Source of the DNA: an uncultured Gammaproteobacteria bacterium
Lineage (GTDB): Bacteria; Patescibacteriota; Microgenomatia; Levybacterales; UBA12049
Length of the DNA stretch: 64,000 nt
NCBI GenBank assembly: GCA_964515545.1
Contig: CAZERI010000002.1
Coordinates: 277,731 to 341,730, forward strand
Reading direction: 5' to 3'
In this document: in pieces, positions 1 to 10,508 of the stretch
How positions within the stretch are numbered: the stretch's first letter is position 1
How the letters are laid out: each line of letters starts with the position of its first letter
Program-made: the position numbers and the translations under genes
Notes under the pieces: model-generated
Told to the model about the DNA's origin: nothing
Databases searched by the model: none
Seen by the model: the letters and a program-made list of their open reading frames with translations, nothing else

Positions 1-846
1 AGATTGGAAAGCTTCCTTATAATATTTGGCACGATCATCATCACTTACTTTCTGACTGGACCAGCCGGTTTCTGTAATAAAAATAGGCAGTTTTTTTAGG
101 GTAAGCTGGGAGAGGAGATCCCGTTCATAGGAAAAACTAGAGATACTTTTATCAGTTTTTACTGATGGAGGCTGAGAAAATCCTGGATTTGGATAAGAGT
201 GGCTCGCAAACCCGTCTACTTGATTAAATATTCCAGGCACTGCTTTATCCATCTCGCGCATAAAAGTATACTCATTCATAAATTCAGTTCCCTGATTGGG
301 AGCTGCATTATCCAAACCTCCGCTGATAATGAAAAAGTCAGAGTTTAAGGATTTAAAGACAGTCACTGCATAACTAAGAAGCTGAGCGTAATATCCAGGA
401 TCTAACTCTCCACCCCATTCATCACCTCTATTTATCTCATTAAATATCACCACATAATGGTTTTGGGTGGGCCAGGTGAGAGAATTAAGGAAATTTGCAA
501 AATCTAAGATATCTTCCTCTTGAGGTTTTCTCCATACACTCGTATTAAAATAGTCTCCTTCTGTAGCCAAACGTATTATGGGAATCAGATGATTTTCTTG
601 AGCTTTATCCATAAACTGCTGCCATTTTTCTATATCTTTATCTCCTGCCTGGAGGGGAACGATAACATATCCCCAATCACCTCCATTTGAGTTAACCAGT
701 TTTTTTGCTTCATCCAGCTCAGAGTCAAAGAGAATATGAATTCCGAATTTATTGTTAGGACGTGAGAAAGGATCTTCCAACGCATAAGCAGTAGTGCGAG
801 GGATAAAAGTTAGGAATAATGCTAGTATGAGCAGTACTTTTTTCAT
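1..846 (-). CDS. Secreted glycoside hydrolase-like protein (TIM-barrel, clan GH-A-like), 5-prime partial at the window edge. The ORF is not in the supplied track because it runs off the edge.
   Basis: Hand translation of the minus strand from ATG at 846-844 gives MKKVLLILALFLTFIPRTTAYA (signal peptide). Further on it reads VVIFNEIN (NE(P)-like acid/base motif) and IFITETGW (ETG nucleophile-like motif). The frame stays open to position 1. Confidence 0.4.
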   Translation of the reverse strand, partial: MKKVLLILALFLTFIPRTTAYALEDPFSRPNNKFGIHILFDSELDEAKKLVNSNGGDWGYVIVPLQAGDKDIEKWQQFMDKAQENHLIPIIRLATEGDYFNTSVWRKPQEEDILDFANFLNSLTWPTQNHYVVIFNEINRGDEWGGELDPGYYAQLLSYAVTVFKSLNSDFFIISGGLDNAAPNQGTEFMNEYTFMREMDKAVPGIFNQVDGFASHSYPNPGFSQPPSVKTDKSISSFSYERDLLSQLTLKKLPIFITETGWSSQKVSDDDRAKYYKEAFQS

Positions 847-916
847 AGAGTTTACTATTATAACAACTTTGTCTATCTAATGACGAACCCGACTGAATTA
901 GCTATAATTACTGGTT

Positions 917-1882
917 ATGAAAACATTTTGGCAAGATCTTCCTAAATCCTTCCTGGTTCTAGCACCAATGGAGGATGTCACTGACACTGTATTTCGTCGC
1001 ATTGTTGCGTCTTGTGGAAGACCAGATGTCTTTTTTACAGAGTTTACTAGCGTGGATGGATTATTTTCAGAAGGATATTCATACGTTTCTAAAAGACTGA
1101 AATACACAAAAGGTGAATCCCCGCTTATTGCGCAGATTTGGGGTGCTAAGCCGGAAAATTATTTCAAAGCAGGCAAGCTCCTAACAGAGATGGGATTTGA
1201 CGGAATTGATATCAATATGGGCTGTCCTGTTAAAGATGTGGTTAAGTTAGGAGTATGCTCTGCTCTTATTAATAATAAGCCTCTAGCCAAAGAAATTATC
1301 CAAGCAGCTCAAGAGGGAGCGGGAGATTTACCCATAAGTGTAAAGACGAGAATAGGCTTTAAAGACATTCAGACTGAAGAATGGCTAGGATTTTTGCTTG
1401 ATTTGAATATTGATGCCCTTACTGTACACGGCAGAACTGCCAAAGAAATGTCTAACGTTCCAGCTCATTGGGATGAAATAGCTAAAGCAGTGAAAATACG
1501 CGATGAAAAAAAAGTAAGAACAGTTGTCATCGGAAATGGTGATGTTATTTCCCGTGATGATGCATTCAGTAAGATAGCAAAGACAAAGGTAGATGGCATA
1601 ATGATAGGAAGAGGGATCTTCCACGACCCTTGGCTTTTTAATCCTTCTCATCATGGGGAAGCCGTTACTTTTCCAGAAAAGCTTGCTAAATTAAAAGAAC
1701 ACATTGAGCTGTTTGAAGATACCTGGGGAAAAGACAAACACTATCCAATCCTTAAAAAGTTCTTTAAATGTTATATCTCCAATATGCCTAATGCTGGGGA
1801 ACTGCGCACCGAGCTCATAACCCTTAATGATTCCTCTGAAGTTATAGCAAAGATTGATACCCTCCTTGCGGACTATCAGTAA
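917..1882 (+). CDS. dus: tRNA-dihydrouridine synthase
   Basis: LAPMEDVTDTVFRR, GIDINMGCPVKDV and the FMN-binding TIM-barrel hallmarks of the Dus family are present. 321 aa. Confidence 0.85.
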   Translation: MKTFWQDLPKSFLVLAPMEDVTDTVFRRIVASCGRPDVFFTEFTSVDGLFSEGYSYVSKRLKYTKGESPLIAQIWGAKPENYFKAGKLLTEMGFDGIDINMGCPVKDVVKLGVCSALINNKPLAKEIIQAAQEGAGDLPISVKTRIGFKDIQTEEWLGFLLDLNIDALTVHGRTAKEMSNVPAHWDEIAKAVKIRDEKKVRTVVIGNGDVISRDDAFSKIAKTKVDGIMIGRGIFHDPWLFNPSHHGEAVTFPEKLAKLKEHIELFEDTWGKDKHYPILKKFFKCYISNMPNAGELRTELITLNDSSEVIAKIDTLLADYQ

Positions 1883-1941
1883 TCCAAAACTCTGCTATTG
1901 TATGTCTCATTTTTTGAGGTATACTCTGAATAAAGAGGGAG

Positions 1942-2124
1942 GTGATAAACATGCCTAACCAACAGCAGCTTGTAAAAGCAGCACTTATCGTAGCAGGATT
2001 TGGAATATTTATTTTAGCTCTTACCTACGTTATCCCACTCCTTGGTATCTTAGGAGCAGTCGCTATTATAGGGGCGGGGATTTATGCTATATACCTTTTC
2101 TTAACAGGGAAGCTTAAGCTTTAA
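1942..2124 (+). CDS. Small hydrophobic membrane protein (2 TM), hypothetical
   Basis: A strong RBS (GAGGGAGGTGA) lies 6 nt before the ATG. The 60-aa product is almost entirely hydrophobic. Confidence 0.45.
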   Translation: MINMPNQQQLVKAALIVAGFGIFILALTYVIPLLGILGAVAIIGAGIYAIYLFLTGKLKL

Positions 2125-2131
2125 TCAGCAT

Positions 2132-3385
2132 TTACAAAATTCCTAGTTCTTTAGCAGCACTTGCAGCACTCTTAACAAGAGTGTCAATATCTTCTTTAGT
2201 ATGAGACGCATTCAGCTGAATACGAATTTCGTCTTTTCCTTTAGGCACAACAGGATAGGTAATATTAGTAACTAGAACTCCCATTTCAAACAATTTGTTT
2301 CGGAGTTCTTTAGCTTTTAATGTATCTCCTACCAGTAATGGCTGGATAGGATGATTTGAGTCTGCAGCAAATTTGAGGCCTGCCTCTAGCATCTGTGTCT
2401 TGAGGTATTTTTTGTCCTCTTCAAGTTTTTTCAGGAGGTTTTGCCCATCTGGGGAAGATACATAATTTATCGAGGCAAGAGCAGCACCTGCAACAGATGG
2501 AGAAATCGAGTTAGAGTAAATATAAGTAGCTGCAGACTCACGCAAGTAATCTATCATCAACTGACTTCCCACTACGTACCCTCCATCACTGCCAAATCCT
2601 TTGCCAAATGTCCCCACGAGTAAGTCTGCTTGCGCATCACTGACTTCCTCAGTACCTCTCCCGCTTTCTCCAAAGGCAGCTACCCCATGACTATCATCGA
2701 CGACGAGAAGCACACCTTGTTCATAGATATCATTATATTCATCTGTAATTAATCTGAGAGCTTTCAGATCTGCTGCCTCTCCGATCATACTGAAGATACC
2801 ATCAGTAACGACTACAGCTCTTTTAAATGTAGTCTTATTCTCCTCAAGTACTCTTTTCAAATCTTCAAAATCAAGATGTTTATAGATAAATTTTTGCTCT
2901 TTATCGATACTCGCTGCTCTTACTCCATCGATAATACTCCGATGGTTAAGCGCATCTGAGATGACACAGACTTCACGAGAGAGAAGAGAGTCTTTACTCT
3001 GACCATTAAGAAGACATGACATCACAGCGATATTAGTGGCAAAAGCACTAGAAAAGACCATCCCAGCTTCACGATTATGGAATGTGGCTATAGCAGACTC
3101 CAAATCTTTATAGACTTTAAGCGTTCCTGAGATAAAACGAACTGCCCCCGGGCCGGCTCCGTATTTTTGGGAGGCCTCTTCCTCAGCATTAAGAAGAGTT
3201 TTATTAAATCGCAGCCCTAAGTAGTCATTCGAATTAAAAATGATGTACTCGTTACTACCTATAATGGCTTTAGGAGAAGCCTCTTTAGTAAAGCCTGTAA
3301 TGACTGCTTCATTTCTTTTTGCACTTCCTGCTTCATCAATTCTTTTTAACTCTGCAGAAATGATATCTCTAAAATTTTTATTCAT
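2132..3385 (-). CDS. kbl: 2-amino-3-ketobutyrate CoA ligase (glycine C-acetyltransferase), a PLP-dependent class-II aminotransferase
   Basis: Alpha-oxoamine synthase family signatures (GTFGKGFG, DDSHG, PLP-lysine region). It lies immediately downstream of tdh with a 1-nt gap. Confidence 0.8.
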   Translation of the reverse strand: MNKNFRDIISAELKRIDEAGSAKRNEAVITGFTKEASPKAIIGSNEYIIFNSNDYLGLRFNKTLLNAEEEASQKYGAGPGAVRFISGTLKVYKDLESAIATFHNREAGMVFSSAFATNIAVMSCLLNGQSKDSLLSREVCVISDALNHRSIIDGVRAASIDKEQKFIYKHLDFEDLKRVLEENKTTFKRAVVVTDGIFSMIGEAADLKALRLITDEYNDIYEQGVLLVVDDSHGVAAFGESGRGTEEVSDAQADLLVGTFGKGFGSDGGYVVGSQLMIDYLRESAATYIYSNSISPSVAGAALASINYVSSPDGQNLLKKLEEDKKYLKTQMLEAGLKFAADSNHPIQPLLVGDTLKAKELRNKLFEMGVLVTNITYPVVPKGKDEIRIQLNASHTKEDIDTLVKSAASAAKELGIL

Positions 3386-3386
3386 G

Positions 3387-4328
3387 CTATTTTCCTAATT
3401 TTTTCTTAAGTTCAGTAAGCATAGTCTCAGTCATCTTAGCAAGATCATATTCATGCTTCCAACCCCAATCACTGCGAGCCTGCTGATCATCGATACTGTC
3501 TGGCCAGCTATCTGCTATATGCTGTCTATGATCAGGCTTATACGTGACGTCTACTTTGAGATGTTTGTTAATTTCCTGTGCTAGTTCTTCAGCGGAGAAG
3601 GAGATAGCAGCTAAATTGTATGATGTTCGAACAGTCAACTTTGTCGGATCTGCCTCCATCAGCTCTATGGTTGCATTTACTGCATCATCCATGTACATCA
3701 TTGGGAGAATTGTTTCTTTATTCACAAAGCATTCATATTTGCCGGTTTTAAGTGCTTCATAAAAAATTGCCACCGCATAGTCAGTAGTACCTCCCCCTGG
3801 CTCTTGTTTCCAGCTGATAATGCCTGGATAGCGTACACTCCTGATATCTACACCGTACTTGTGGAAATAATACTGTCCCAAAAGCTCTCCTGCTACCTTA
3901 GTAACGCCATACATCGTAGTTGGCTCAAGAACTGTCCTCTGAGGTGTATTCTCCCGAGGAGTTGTCGGACCAAAAGCTGCAATTGATGAAGGCCAGAAAA
4001 CTTTATACTTTTTCTCCACAGCCAGATCCAATACATCCTTAAGTGATGTCATATTTAAGTGCCATGTGAGGGATGGATCAATTTCTCCTTTAGCAGAAAG
4101 AAGGGATACCAGATGGTAGACAGTACCGATATTGTGCTTTTCCACAAGCTGTTTGAGGTTTTCTTTGTTAGGAAGTTCGGCTTTCTCAACTATGCCGTCA
4201 AAGTGAGAGGGGATATTATGATGTCCAACTGCTACTACATTTTCCTTACCGAATTTTTCCTGGAGAGCAGGAACGAGTTCTGTACCGATTTGGCCGAAAG
4301 CGCCCGTGACAAGTAGTTTTTTATCCAT
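3387..4328 (-). CDS. tdh: L-threonine 3-dehydrogenase, NAD-dependent epimerase/dehydratase-type
   Basis: Rossmann motif LLVTGAFGQIG and SDR-extended fold. The classic tdh-kbl pairing supports the call. ATG at 4328 chosen over the upstream TTG at 4373. Confidence 0.7.
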   Translation of the reverse strand: MDKKLLVTGAFGQIGTELVPALQEKFGKENVVAVGHHNIPSHFDGIVEKAELPNKENLKQLVEKHNIGTVYHLVSLLSAKGEIDPSLTWHLNMTSLKDVLDLAVEKKYKVFWPSSIAAFGPTTPRENTPQRTVLEPTTMYGVTKVAGELLGQYYFHKYGVDIRSVRYPGIISWKQEPGGGTTDYAVAIFYEALKTGKYECFVNKETILPMMYMDDAVNATIELMEADPTKLTVRTSYNLAAISFSAEELAQEINKHLKVDVTYKPDHRQHIADSWPDSIDDQQARSDWGWKHEYDLAKMTETMLTELKKKLGK

Positions 4329-4423
4329 AGAAAGAACTGGGATTACTTTAACTAAAAATACCAGTTCTGTCAACGCTACAATACAGCAAAGAGCTCGGGA
4401 GGAGATACAGTTTAAGATAATTG

Positions 4424-4443
4424 AGTGACGCCAAGGGGATTCG
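4424..4443 (-). other. Orphan 20-bp copy of the tRNA-Glu 3-prime end (T-arm/acceptor fragment). It is an exact direct repeat of 4563-4582.
   Basis: agtgacgccaaggggattcg occurs at 4424-4443 and again at 4563-4582. Only the downstream copy lies in a foldable tRNA. Confidence 0.6.
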
Positions 4444-4564
4444 CCTCACAACTCTTTGCTCCGCAAAGGTCGCGAGCCCGCCTCCTTCACTACGTTCAGT
4501 CCGGCCGTTCAAATCATTGCTTAAATGCAAAAAATCCCAGACAGAAGTCTGAGATCTTTTCCAG

Positions 4565-4638
4565 TGACGCCAAGGGGATTCGAACCCCTGATCACAACGC
4601 TGAAAACGTTGGGTCCTAGGCCGCTAGACGATGGCGCC
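4565..4638 (-). tRNA. tRNA-Glu (anticodon TTC)
   Basis: Hand fold of the minus strand gives GGCGCCA acceptor, GTCT/AGGAC D-arm, anticodon loop TTTTCAG, T-arm AGGGG-TTCGAAT-CCCCT and discriminator A. CCA is not encoded. Confidence 0.8.
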
Positions 4639-4734
4639 GAATACCTTTCTATAAGAGCGGTACTTATAAAATCAGACCATCCTTTTAAAGGAATGGCCTG
4701 ACTTATTATAGCGAAAAATACCCTCAAAAACAAA

Positions 4735-5397
4735 TTACTTCAACCTCTTACGAAGAGTTTCAAGTATAGCTCGAGCTGTATCTTGACCGCCTAACCCAAA
4801 AGCAATACCGCCAGCAAGTGCAACCATAGCTACAAATCCGGTAAAAAGAATACGAATGAGATCTGCAGCAACTCCAAGCTGAGTAAGTACTGCCAAAACA
4901 ACAAAGACTATGATTGCCCACCTAGTGACTGACGACATGAGATTGGCAACGTCTGGTGAGATACCTCGTGCTGAACCCATGATGATGTCACTAGCTAAAT
5001 TTGCTAAAGCAAATCCTACAATACCGATAATAGCTGCCACAAATACGTTTGGCAGGTAGAGAAGGAATGTATTAAGTACTGTAGTAATTTGTGGCAAATT
5101 CCAGACATCAGCTGTTGGGATAAGGAACATTATTATTACGAACCAACGAGCTATTTCTGAAAATATATTTGCCCAGCTATATTCCTTCTTACCTTCTGGG
5201 ATACCATAACGATGAAGATATGATTCCAAACGCAGTGTATCAAAAAGGCTTAACACCAGTCTTTTTACAATAGAGCCAACTATAATACCTAGAAGTAAGA
5301 TGATAAGACCGGCAATAAAACTAGGAAGGAAGGCAGCTGCAGCGTAAAAGCTTTCTCGAATAGAGCCTATTAATGAGTCTCCGACATTTCCATGCAT
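4735..5397 (-). CDS. Membrane protein with repeated conserved TM-helix motif (mechanosensitive-channel-associated TM_helix-like)
   Basis: 220 aa with several hydrophobic helices carrying a recurring GxxxGxxxA pattern. ATG start. Confidence 0.4.
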   Translation of the reverse strand: MHGNVGDSLIGSIRESFYAAAAFLPSFIAGLIILLLGIIVGSIVKRLVLSLFDTLRLESYLHRYGIPEGKKEYSWANIFSEIARWFVIIMFLIPTADVWNLPQITTVLNTFLLYLPNVFVAAIIGIVGFALANLASDIIMGSARGISPDVANLMSSVTRWAIIVFVVLAVLTQLGVAADLIRILFTGFVAMVALAGGIAFGLGGQDTARAILETLRKRLK

Positions 5398-5499
5398 TTT
5401 TATTCACCTCCTTTCACTTATTTGTTAAATGGAGTAATAGCTTGCTGAATATGGAAAAACTGTCATTTCTTACTCTTAGTCTATGCATGTGCCTTTAGC

Positions 5500-5529
5500 T
5501 TGTCAAGACACAGCTTCAATTGATATAAT
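5500..5529 (+). promoter_or_regulatory. Sigma70-like promoter candidate (TTGTCA-17/18-TATAAT), about 100 bp upstream of tRNA-Lys
   Basis: ttgtca at 5500-5505 and tataat at 5524-5529. Confidence 0.3.
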
Positions 5530-5629
5530 TGCTAGTGGTTGATAGCTTATGGCAAATGGCTAATGGTTTGTAAATAAAGTACCTCTATTTGAACTATTAG
5601 CTATACGCTATTTGCTAAATGCCATTTGA

Positions 5630-5701
5630 GGGCCGGTAGCTCAGCGGTAGAGCAGGAGCCTTTTAAGCTCTTGGTCACAGGTTCGAATCCTGTCCGGCTC
5701 A
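5630..5701 (+). tRNA. tRNA-Lys (anticodon TTT)
   Basis: GGGCCGG acceptor, GCTCAGCGGTAGAGC D-arm, anticodon loop CTTTTAA, T-arm CAGGTTCGAATCCTG and discriminator A. Confidence 0.85.
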
Positions 5702-5779
5702 CAAATTTGTCCTAATACCCTTCATTGCTTTCGCTTTCTTTTTCGCCTATAATGGATGGTTGCTGTCTCCTTAGATTTT

Positions 5780-8674
5780 ATGGAAAAAATAGTCGTTAAA
5801 GGTGCTCGAGAGCACAACCTCAAAAATATTGATTTGGAGATTCCCAAAAATAAGCTGGTCGTTCTCACCGGTCTTTCTGGTAGTGGAAAATCCTCTCTGG
5901 CTTTTGACACGATATACGCTGAGGGCCAACGCCGGTATGTAGAGAGTCTTTCATCCTATGCCAGGCAGTTCTTGGGTACGATGAAAAAACCGGATGTTGA
6001 TCTTATCGAAGGCTTATCTCCCGCTATCTCTATAGATCAGAAGTCCACCTCGCATAATCCCCGCTCCACAGTAGGTACAGTAACCGAAATTTATGACTAT
6101 TTGAGGCTTCTTTTTGCACGTGTAGGACACCCTCATTGTCCAAATTGTGGCAGGGAGATTGCGCAGCAGTCCAAAGAGCAGATTACTGAATCTGTCATAA
6201 ACATGCAGGTAACACAAGCTGATCCCGGCAAAAAATTTGTCAGAGTGATGATCCTTGCACCGCTTGTTAAAGATAAAAGAGGGGAGTATACCGACCTTTT
6301 TACATCTCTTAAAAAGAGAGGCTACCGCAAAGTAAGAATTGACGGAAGAGTTATGTCTCTTGACAGCAAGATAATCTTAATTAAGACAAATAGACATAGT
6401 ATTGATTTAGTAGTTGATGCATTAGCAATTACCAAAGACACTGATCGTGTCCGGCTTTCTACAGATGTCGAGCAGGCTCTTCAATTCGGCAATGGCGAAA
6501 TGACGGTAGGAGTTATTAAGGATGCGTCTTTTGATATACCTGAGTATCCTGAACTCCTTGAAGATCACCTTTTCTCAGAAAAATTTGCCTGTCCCTTCTG
6601 TAACATCTCAATTCCTGAAGTAGAACCTCGTATCTTTTCTTTTAATACGCCTCATGGTGCCTGTCCTGAGTGCTCAGGTATTGGTAGAGTGTTAATTATC
6701 GACAAAGACCTCATCTTTAACAAAAATCTCACTATTAACGAGGGTGGAATTCTGCCTTTTTTCAATCTCGGTTCCAATGACACATGGTTTTCACGAACGT
6801 TTAAGACTTTTTGCGAGGAAAATGCTATCCCTATGAACACCAAGCTTGAAGCGTTAAATGAAGAGCAAAAAGATCTCCTTATTTTTGGAACAGGGGATAG
6901 GGAATACCGAGTTCGAGGAGAAAATAGATGGGGAAGCAGTACAGTTATTAGTGAGCCGTTTAGAGGAATTTCTTTTGAATTAAAGAGAAGATATGGCGAA
7001 TCAGATTCCTCATATGTAAAAAACCAAATAGAAAAATTCATGCGTTACGATGCTTGTCCGCTGTGTCATGGAGCGCGCCTAAAAGCTGAGGCACTTTCCG
7101 TAACGATTAATGATAAATCAATTGTTGGTGTCTCTGAAATGCCTATTGGTGAAGCCATGACATTTTTTGAAAATCTTCCCAGCGTCCTTTCTCCCCGAGA
7201 GCACGAAATCAGTAAACTCATCCTGAGAGAGATAACTACTCGTATAGGCTTTTTAGTTGATGTGGGGCTTGAATACCTTACTCTATCCCGTACAGCTGCC
7301 ACACTTGCTGGAGGTGAAGCACAGCGTATTAGACTTGCTTCACAAATAGGAAGCGGACTAACAGGCGTACTGTATGTTCTTGATGAGCCGTCAATTGGAC
7401 TTCACCAGAGAGATAATGAGAAGCTTATCGAGACTCTGGTAAAGCTTAAAAATCTCGGGAATACCGTCCTTGTCGTTGAGCATGACGAAGACACTATGGC
7501 TGCTAGTGATTACATCTTTGATTTTGGTCCGGGAGCTGGAGCCTTTGGTGGCGATATCGTGGCTCAGGGCACCTTTGATGAGCTTAAAAAAGATCCTCAC
7601 TCACTGACTGGCCAGTATTTATCAAAGAAGAAAGTTATTAAAGTAAAAAAGACCATAGATCCTACCCTTGTTAAGAAAGAGCCACAATTTCTCAAGCTTA
7701 TCGGAGCAGAAGAGCATAATTTAAAAAACGTCAACGCTACTTTCCCGCTTCACAAGCTCATTGTCGTAACAGGTGTCTCAGGGAGCGGTAAATCTACGCT
7801 TATTAATGATATTCTCTACCATGCATTAATGCAGAAAGAGAATCCATTCCATAGGCAAAAGCCCGGTAAGTTTAAGGATATAGAAGGATTTGAGAACATC
7901 AAAAATATTTTCCAGATTGATCAATCTCCTATCGGTCGCACTTCTCGCAGTAATGCTGCTACCTATACAGGAAGTTTTAATTACATTAGAGATTTATTTG
8001 CCCAGACAAAAGAGGCTAAAGTCAGAGGATACGGCCCTGGCAGATTTTCTTTTAATGTTAAAGGCGGACGCTGTGAAGCATGTGAGGGAGAAGGACAGAT
8101 AAAAATTGAGATGCAGTTCCTGCCTGATGTCTATATTACCTGTGAGGTATGCCAAGGCAAGCAGTACAATAACGAAGCTTTGGAGATTTTGTTCCAAGGG
8201 AAAAGTATAGCTGATGTCTTAGATATGAGCGTTAAAGAGGCAGTGGAATTTTTCTCATTTATTCCTGGACTTGCCCATAAGTTACAGACGCTTCAGGACG
8301 TTGGTTTATCCTATGTTACACTAGGACAGCCTGCACCTACCCTTTCAGGGGGAGAAGCTCAGCGGGTAAAATTAGCAACAGAACTCTCAAAAAGAGGCAA
8401 GGATGCTCTTTATCTTCTCGACGAACCCACCACAGGACTTCACTTTGCAGATTTGGAAAAGCTGCTTGTTGTTCTTCGTAGACTAGTAGATCAAGGCAAC
8501 TCAGTTATTGTTATTGAGCATAATCTAGATGTTATTAAAAATGCAGATTATATTATCGATTTGGGTCCAGAAGGCGGAGCTAAAGGAGGAGAAATTGTAG
8601 CTATGGGTACACCTGAAGAGATTGCCAAAAACCCTACATCCCACACAGGCCGTTTCCTTAAAAAAATACTTTAG
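5780..8674 (+). CDS. uvrA: Excinuclease ABC subunit A
   Basis: Two ABC ATPase modules ([14 protein letters not shown] and [13 protein letters not shown]), zinc-finger Cys clusters and the ABC signature LSGGEAQR appear twice. The second ATG ([14 protein letters not shown]) is chosen as start. Confidence 0.95.
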   Translation: MEKIVVKGAREHNLKNIDLEIPKNKLVVLTGLSGSGKSSLAFDTIYAEGQRRYVESLSSYARQFLGTMKKPDVDLIEGLSPAISIDQKSTSHNPRSTVGTVTEIYDYLRLLFARVGHPHCPNCGREIAQQSKEQITESVINMQVTQADPGKKFVRVMILAPLVKDKRGEYTDLFTSLKKRGYRKVRIDGRVMSLDSKIILIKTNRHSIDLVVDALAITKDTDRVRLSTDVEQALQFGNGEMTVGVIKDASFDIPEYPELLEDHLFSEKFACPFCNISIPEVEPRIFSFNTPHGACPECSGIGRVLIIDKDLIFNKNLTINEGGILPFFNLGSNDTWFSRTFKTFCEENAIPMNTKLEALNEEQKDLLIFGTGDREYRVRGENRWGSSTVISEPFRGISFELKRRYGESDSSYVKNQIEKFMRYDACPLCHGARLKAEALSVTINDKSIVGVSEMPIGEAMTFFENLPSVLSPREHEISKLILREITTRIGFLVDVGLEYLTLSRTAATLAGGEAQRIRLASQIGSGLTGVLYVLDEPSIGLHQRDNEKLIETLVKLKNLGNTVLVVEHDEDTMAASDYIFDFGPGAGAFGGDIVAQGTFDELKKDPHSLTGQYLSKKKVIKVKKTIDPTLVKKEPQFLKLIGAEEHNLKNVNATFPLHKLIVVTGVSGSGKSTLINDILYHALMQKENPFHRQKPGKFKDIEGFENIKNIFQIDQSPIGRTSRSNAATYTGSFNYIRDLFAQTKEAKVRGYGPGRFSFNVKGGRCEACEGEGQIKIEMQFLPDVYITCEVCQGKQYNNEALEILFQGKSIADVLDMSVKEAVEFFSFIPGLAHKLQTLQDVGLSYVTLGQPAPTLSGGEAQRVKLATELSKRGKDALYLLDEPTTGLHFADLEKLLVVLRRLVDQGNSVIVIEHNLDVIKNADYIIDLGPEGGAKGGEIVAMGTPEEIAKNPTSHTGRFLKKIL

Positions 8675-8693
8675 TTTGCTACAATAATTCTAC

Positions 8694-10508
8694 ATGCGAA
8701 GACTATTCTTAGTTTTTTTATTTTTCCTCAGTTTTTTTCTACTATTTTCTAATAAAACTTTTGCCTCTGACTATTTCACAAGAGACTACAACATTCTTTA
8801 CACAGTAAAAGAAGACGGCAAGACCAATGTTTCAATCACCATAACATTAACAAATAAGACCAGTGATTATTATGCGTCATCAGATACCCTGTCAGTCGGA
8901 TTTAGCGATATAGAAAATCTTACTGATAAAGATCCTGATGGTAATATTAAGCCTCTCGTTACTAAGACTGATCAAGGGAATAATATTCAGTCTACCTTTA
9001 ATAAAAAAGCAGTGGGTGTCGGAAAATCTATTAGCTATACGATTAGCTTTGATACGAAAGATATCGCTCACAAATCAGGTAAAGTGTGGGAAATTAATAT
9101 CCCTGGACTCTCAGATCCAGATAGTATTGATGGGTTTACTGCTGAGGTAAAAGTTCCGAATTCATTCGGCCAGCCAAATTATGTAAAACCTCAACCTAAA
9201 GACGGTAAGCTTATCTTCACTAAGACTGATTTACATACGTCAGCTATCTCTATTAGCTATGGGATAGAGCAGATTTATTCATTTAATCTTATCTATCACC
9301 TTCAAAATAAAAATCTTTACCCTATCAAAACAGAGATTGCTCTCCCACCTACGACTAACTATCAGTCAGTCGAGATAGATAGTATTTCACCTCGTCCCAA
9401 AGATGTAACGATTGATAAGGACGGTAATTGGCTTGCGCAATTTGAGCTTGCACCATCAGCAAGAGTTGATGTCGTGGTGCAAGGAAAAGCCAAAGTTACC
9501 AATCATCCCTCTCAAGTTAACTTAACTACACAGCAAATAGCAGATTACACAAAAGAAGAAAGATACTGGGAGGCTAACAATGCCCAGATTAAAAGCCTCG
9601 CCCGTAAATTAAGGACTCCGCAGGCAATTTATGACTATGTTGTCAAAAATCTCCATTATGACTTTAATCGTGTTACCGCAAATGAACCTAGGCTCGGTGC
9701 AAGCGGTGCCTTAAAAAACCCTTCTTCAGCGGTCTGCTTGGAATTCACCGACCTCTTCATAGCACTTTCAAGGGCTGCAGGTATTCCAGCTCGGGAAGTA
9801 AATGGTTTTGCCAACACCGAAAATTCAAAGCAGAGACCTCTGTCTCTCCTGCAAGACGTCCTGCATGCTTGGCCAGAGTATTATGACGATCAGCGCAAGG
9901 CATGGATTATGGTTGATCCAACGTGGGGAAATACAACTGGCGGTACAGATTATTTTTCTGTTTTTGACTTTGATCACCTCACCTTTGTCCGGAAAGGCTA
10001 CAATAGTGATTACCCTATCCCAGCAGGAGGCTATAAATACTCCGGGGATGAAAAGAAGCGAGACGTCAATGTATCTTTTGCAAGTGTTTTCTCCCAAGAT
10101 ATTCCTCAGATAAAAGTCCGCTCAGAATTTCCATCTAAAGCATTATCTGCCTTACCTATTGAAGGAACTATTGAGATTCAGAATGAAAGTAAAACACTTT
10201 TCCCAAAGACATCCGGAGTTCTAACATCAACTACACTATTTCCTACGCGTCAGGAAATAGAAATTGGTGAAGTACCCCCTTATGGTAAAAGAGATATCAC
10301 GATTGGTTTTCAGAAAACTCCTATTTTTGCTGACAAGACCTATGAATTTACATTCAATCTGCAAGGGACTATAATTCATAAAAGTGTTCGGGTAACTCCC
10401 ATCATCTTTTCCCGTTTCGCAATTATTGGAGGTGTAGTCATTGTTATTCTCACGTCAATCGTACTTATCGTTGCCATCAAAACCAGGCGTCTACCTTTAC
10501 TTAGATAA
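8694..10508 (+). CDS. Transglutaminase-like (TGc) domain protein with N-terminal signal peptide and C-terminal TM anchor
   Basis: Cys-His-Asp triad context AVCLEFTDLF...HAWPEYYDD...MVDPTW. N-terminus MRRLFLVFLFFLSFFLLFS and hydrophobic C-terminus IIGGVVIVILTSIVLIVAI. Confidence 0.65.
   Translation: MRRLFLVFLFFLSFFLLFSNKTFASDYFTRDYNILYTVKEDGKTNVSITITLTNKTSDYYASSDTLSVGFSDIENLTDKDPDGNIKPLVTKTDQGNNIQSTFNKKAVGVGKSISYTISFDTKDIAHKSGKVWEINIPGLSDPDSIDGFTAEVKVPNSFGQPNYVKPQPKDGKLIFTKTDLHTSAISISYGIEQIYSFNLIYHLQNKNLYPIKTEIALPPTTNYQSVEIDSISPRPKDVTIDKDGNWLAQFELAPSARVDVVVQGKAKVTNHPSQVNLTTQQIADYTKEERYWEANNAQIKSLARKLRTPQAIYDYVVKNLHYDFNRVTANEPRLGASGALKNPSSAVCLEFTDLFIALSRAAGIPAREVNGFANTENSKQRPLSLLQDVLHAWPEYYDDQRKAWIMVDPTWGNTTGGTDYFSVFDFDHLTFVRKGYNSDYPIPAGGYKYSGDEKKRDVNVSFASVFSQDIPQIKVRSEFPSKALSALPIEGTIEIQNESKTLFPKTSGVLTSTTLFPTRQEIEIGEVPPYGKRDITIGFQKTPIFADKTYEFTFNLQGTIIHKSVRVTPIIFSRFAIIGGVVIVILTSIVLIVAIKTRRLPLLR

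Noticed and set aside
4445-4520. SRP (4.5S) RNA or a second tRNA in the spacer next to tRNA-Glu
   Set aside because: CCGGA and GAAGGAGGC show some resemblance to the SRP helix-8 motif. No acceptor stem or conserved AGGAAGCAGC motif could be built by hand.
4424-4582. Possibility of an integrated mobile element between the two tRNA-Glu 3-prime-end repeats
   Set aside because: Only about 120 bp separate the repeats and there is no integrase. It is at most a scar and is recorded as a finding, not as a mobile element.
4348-4619. Tracked ORFs 4348-4530(-) and 4425-4619(+) in the tRNA-Glu region
   Set aside because: They overlap the tRNA-Glu gene and its duplicated 3-prime fragment. The composition is RNA-like, with no RBS.
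6014-8197. Multiple 60-130 aa ORFs on both strands inside uvrA
   Set aside because: They lie within or antisense to a highly conserved gene and have no independent support.
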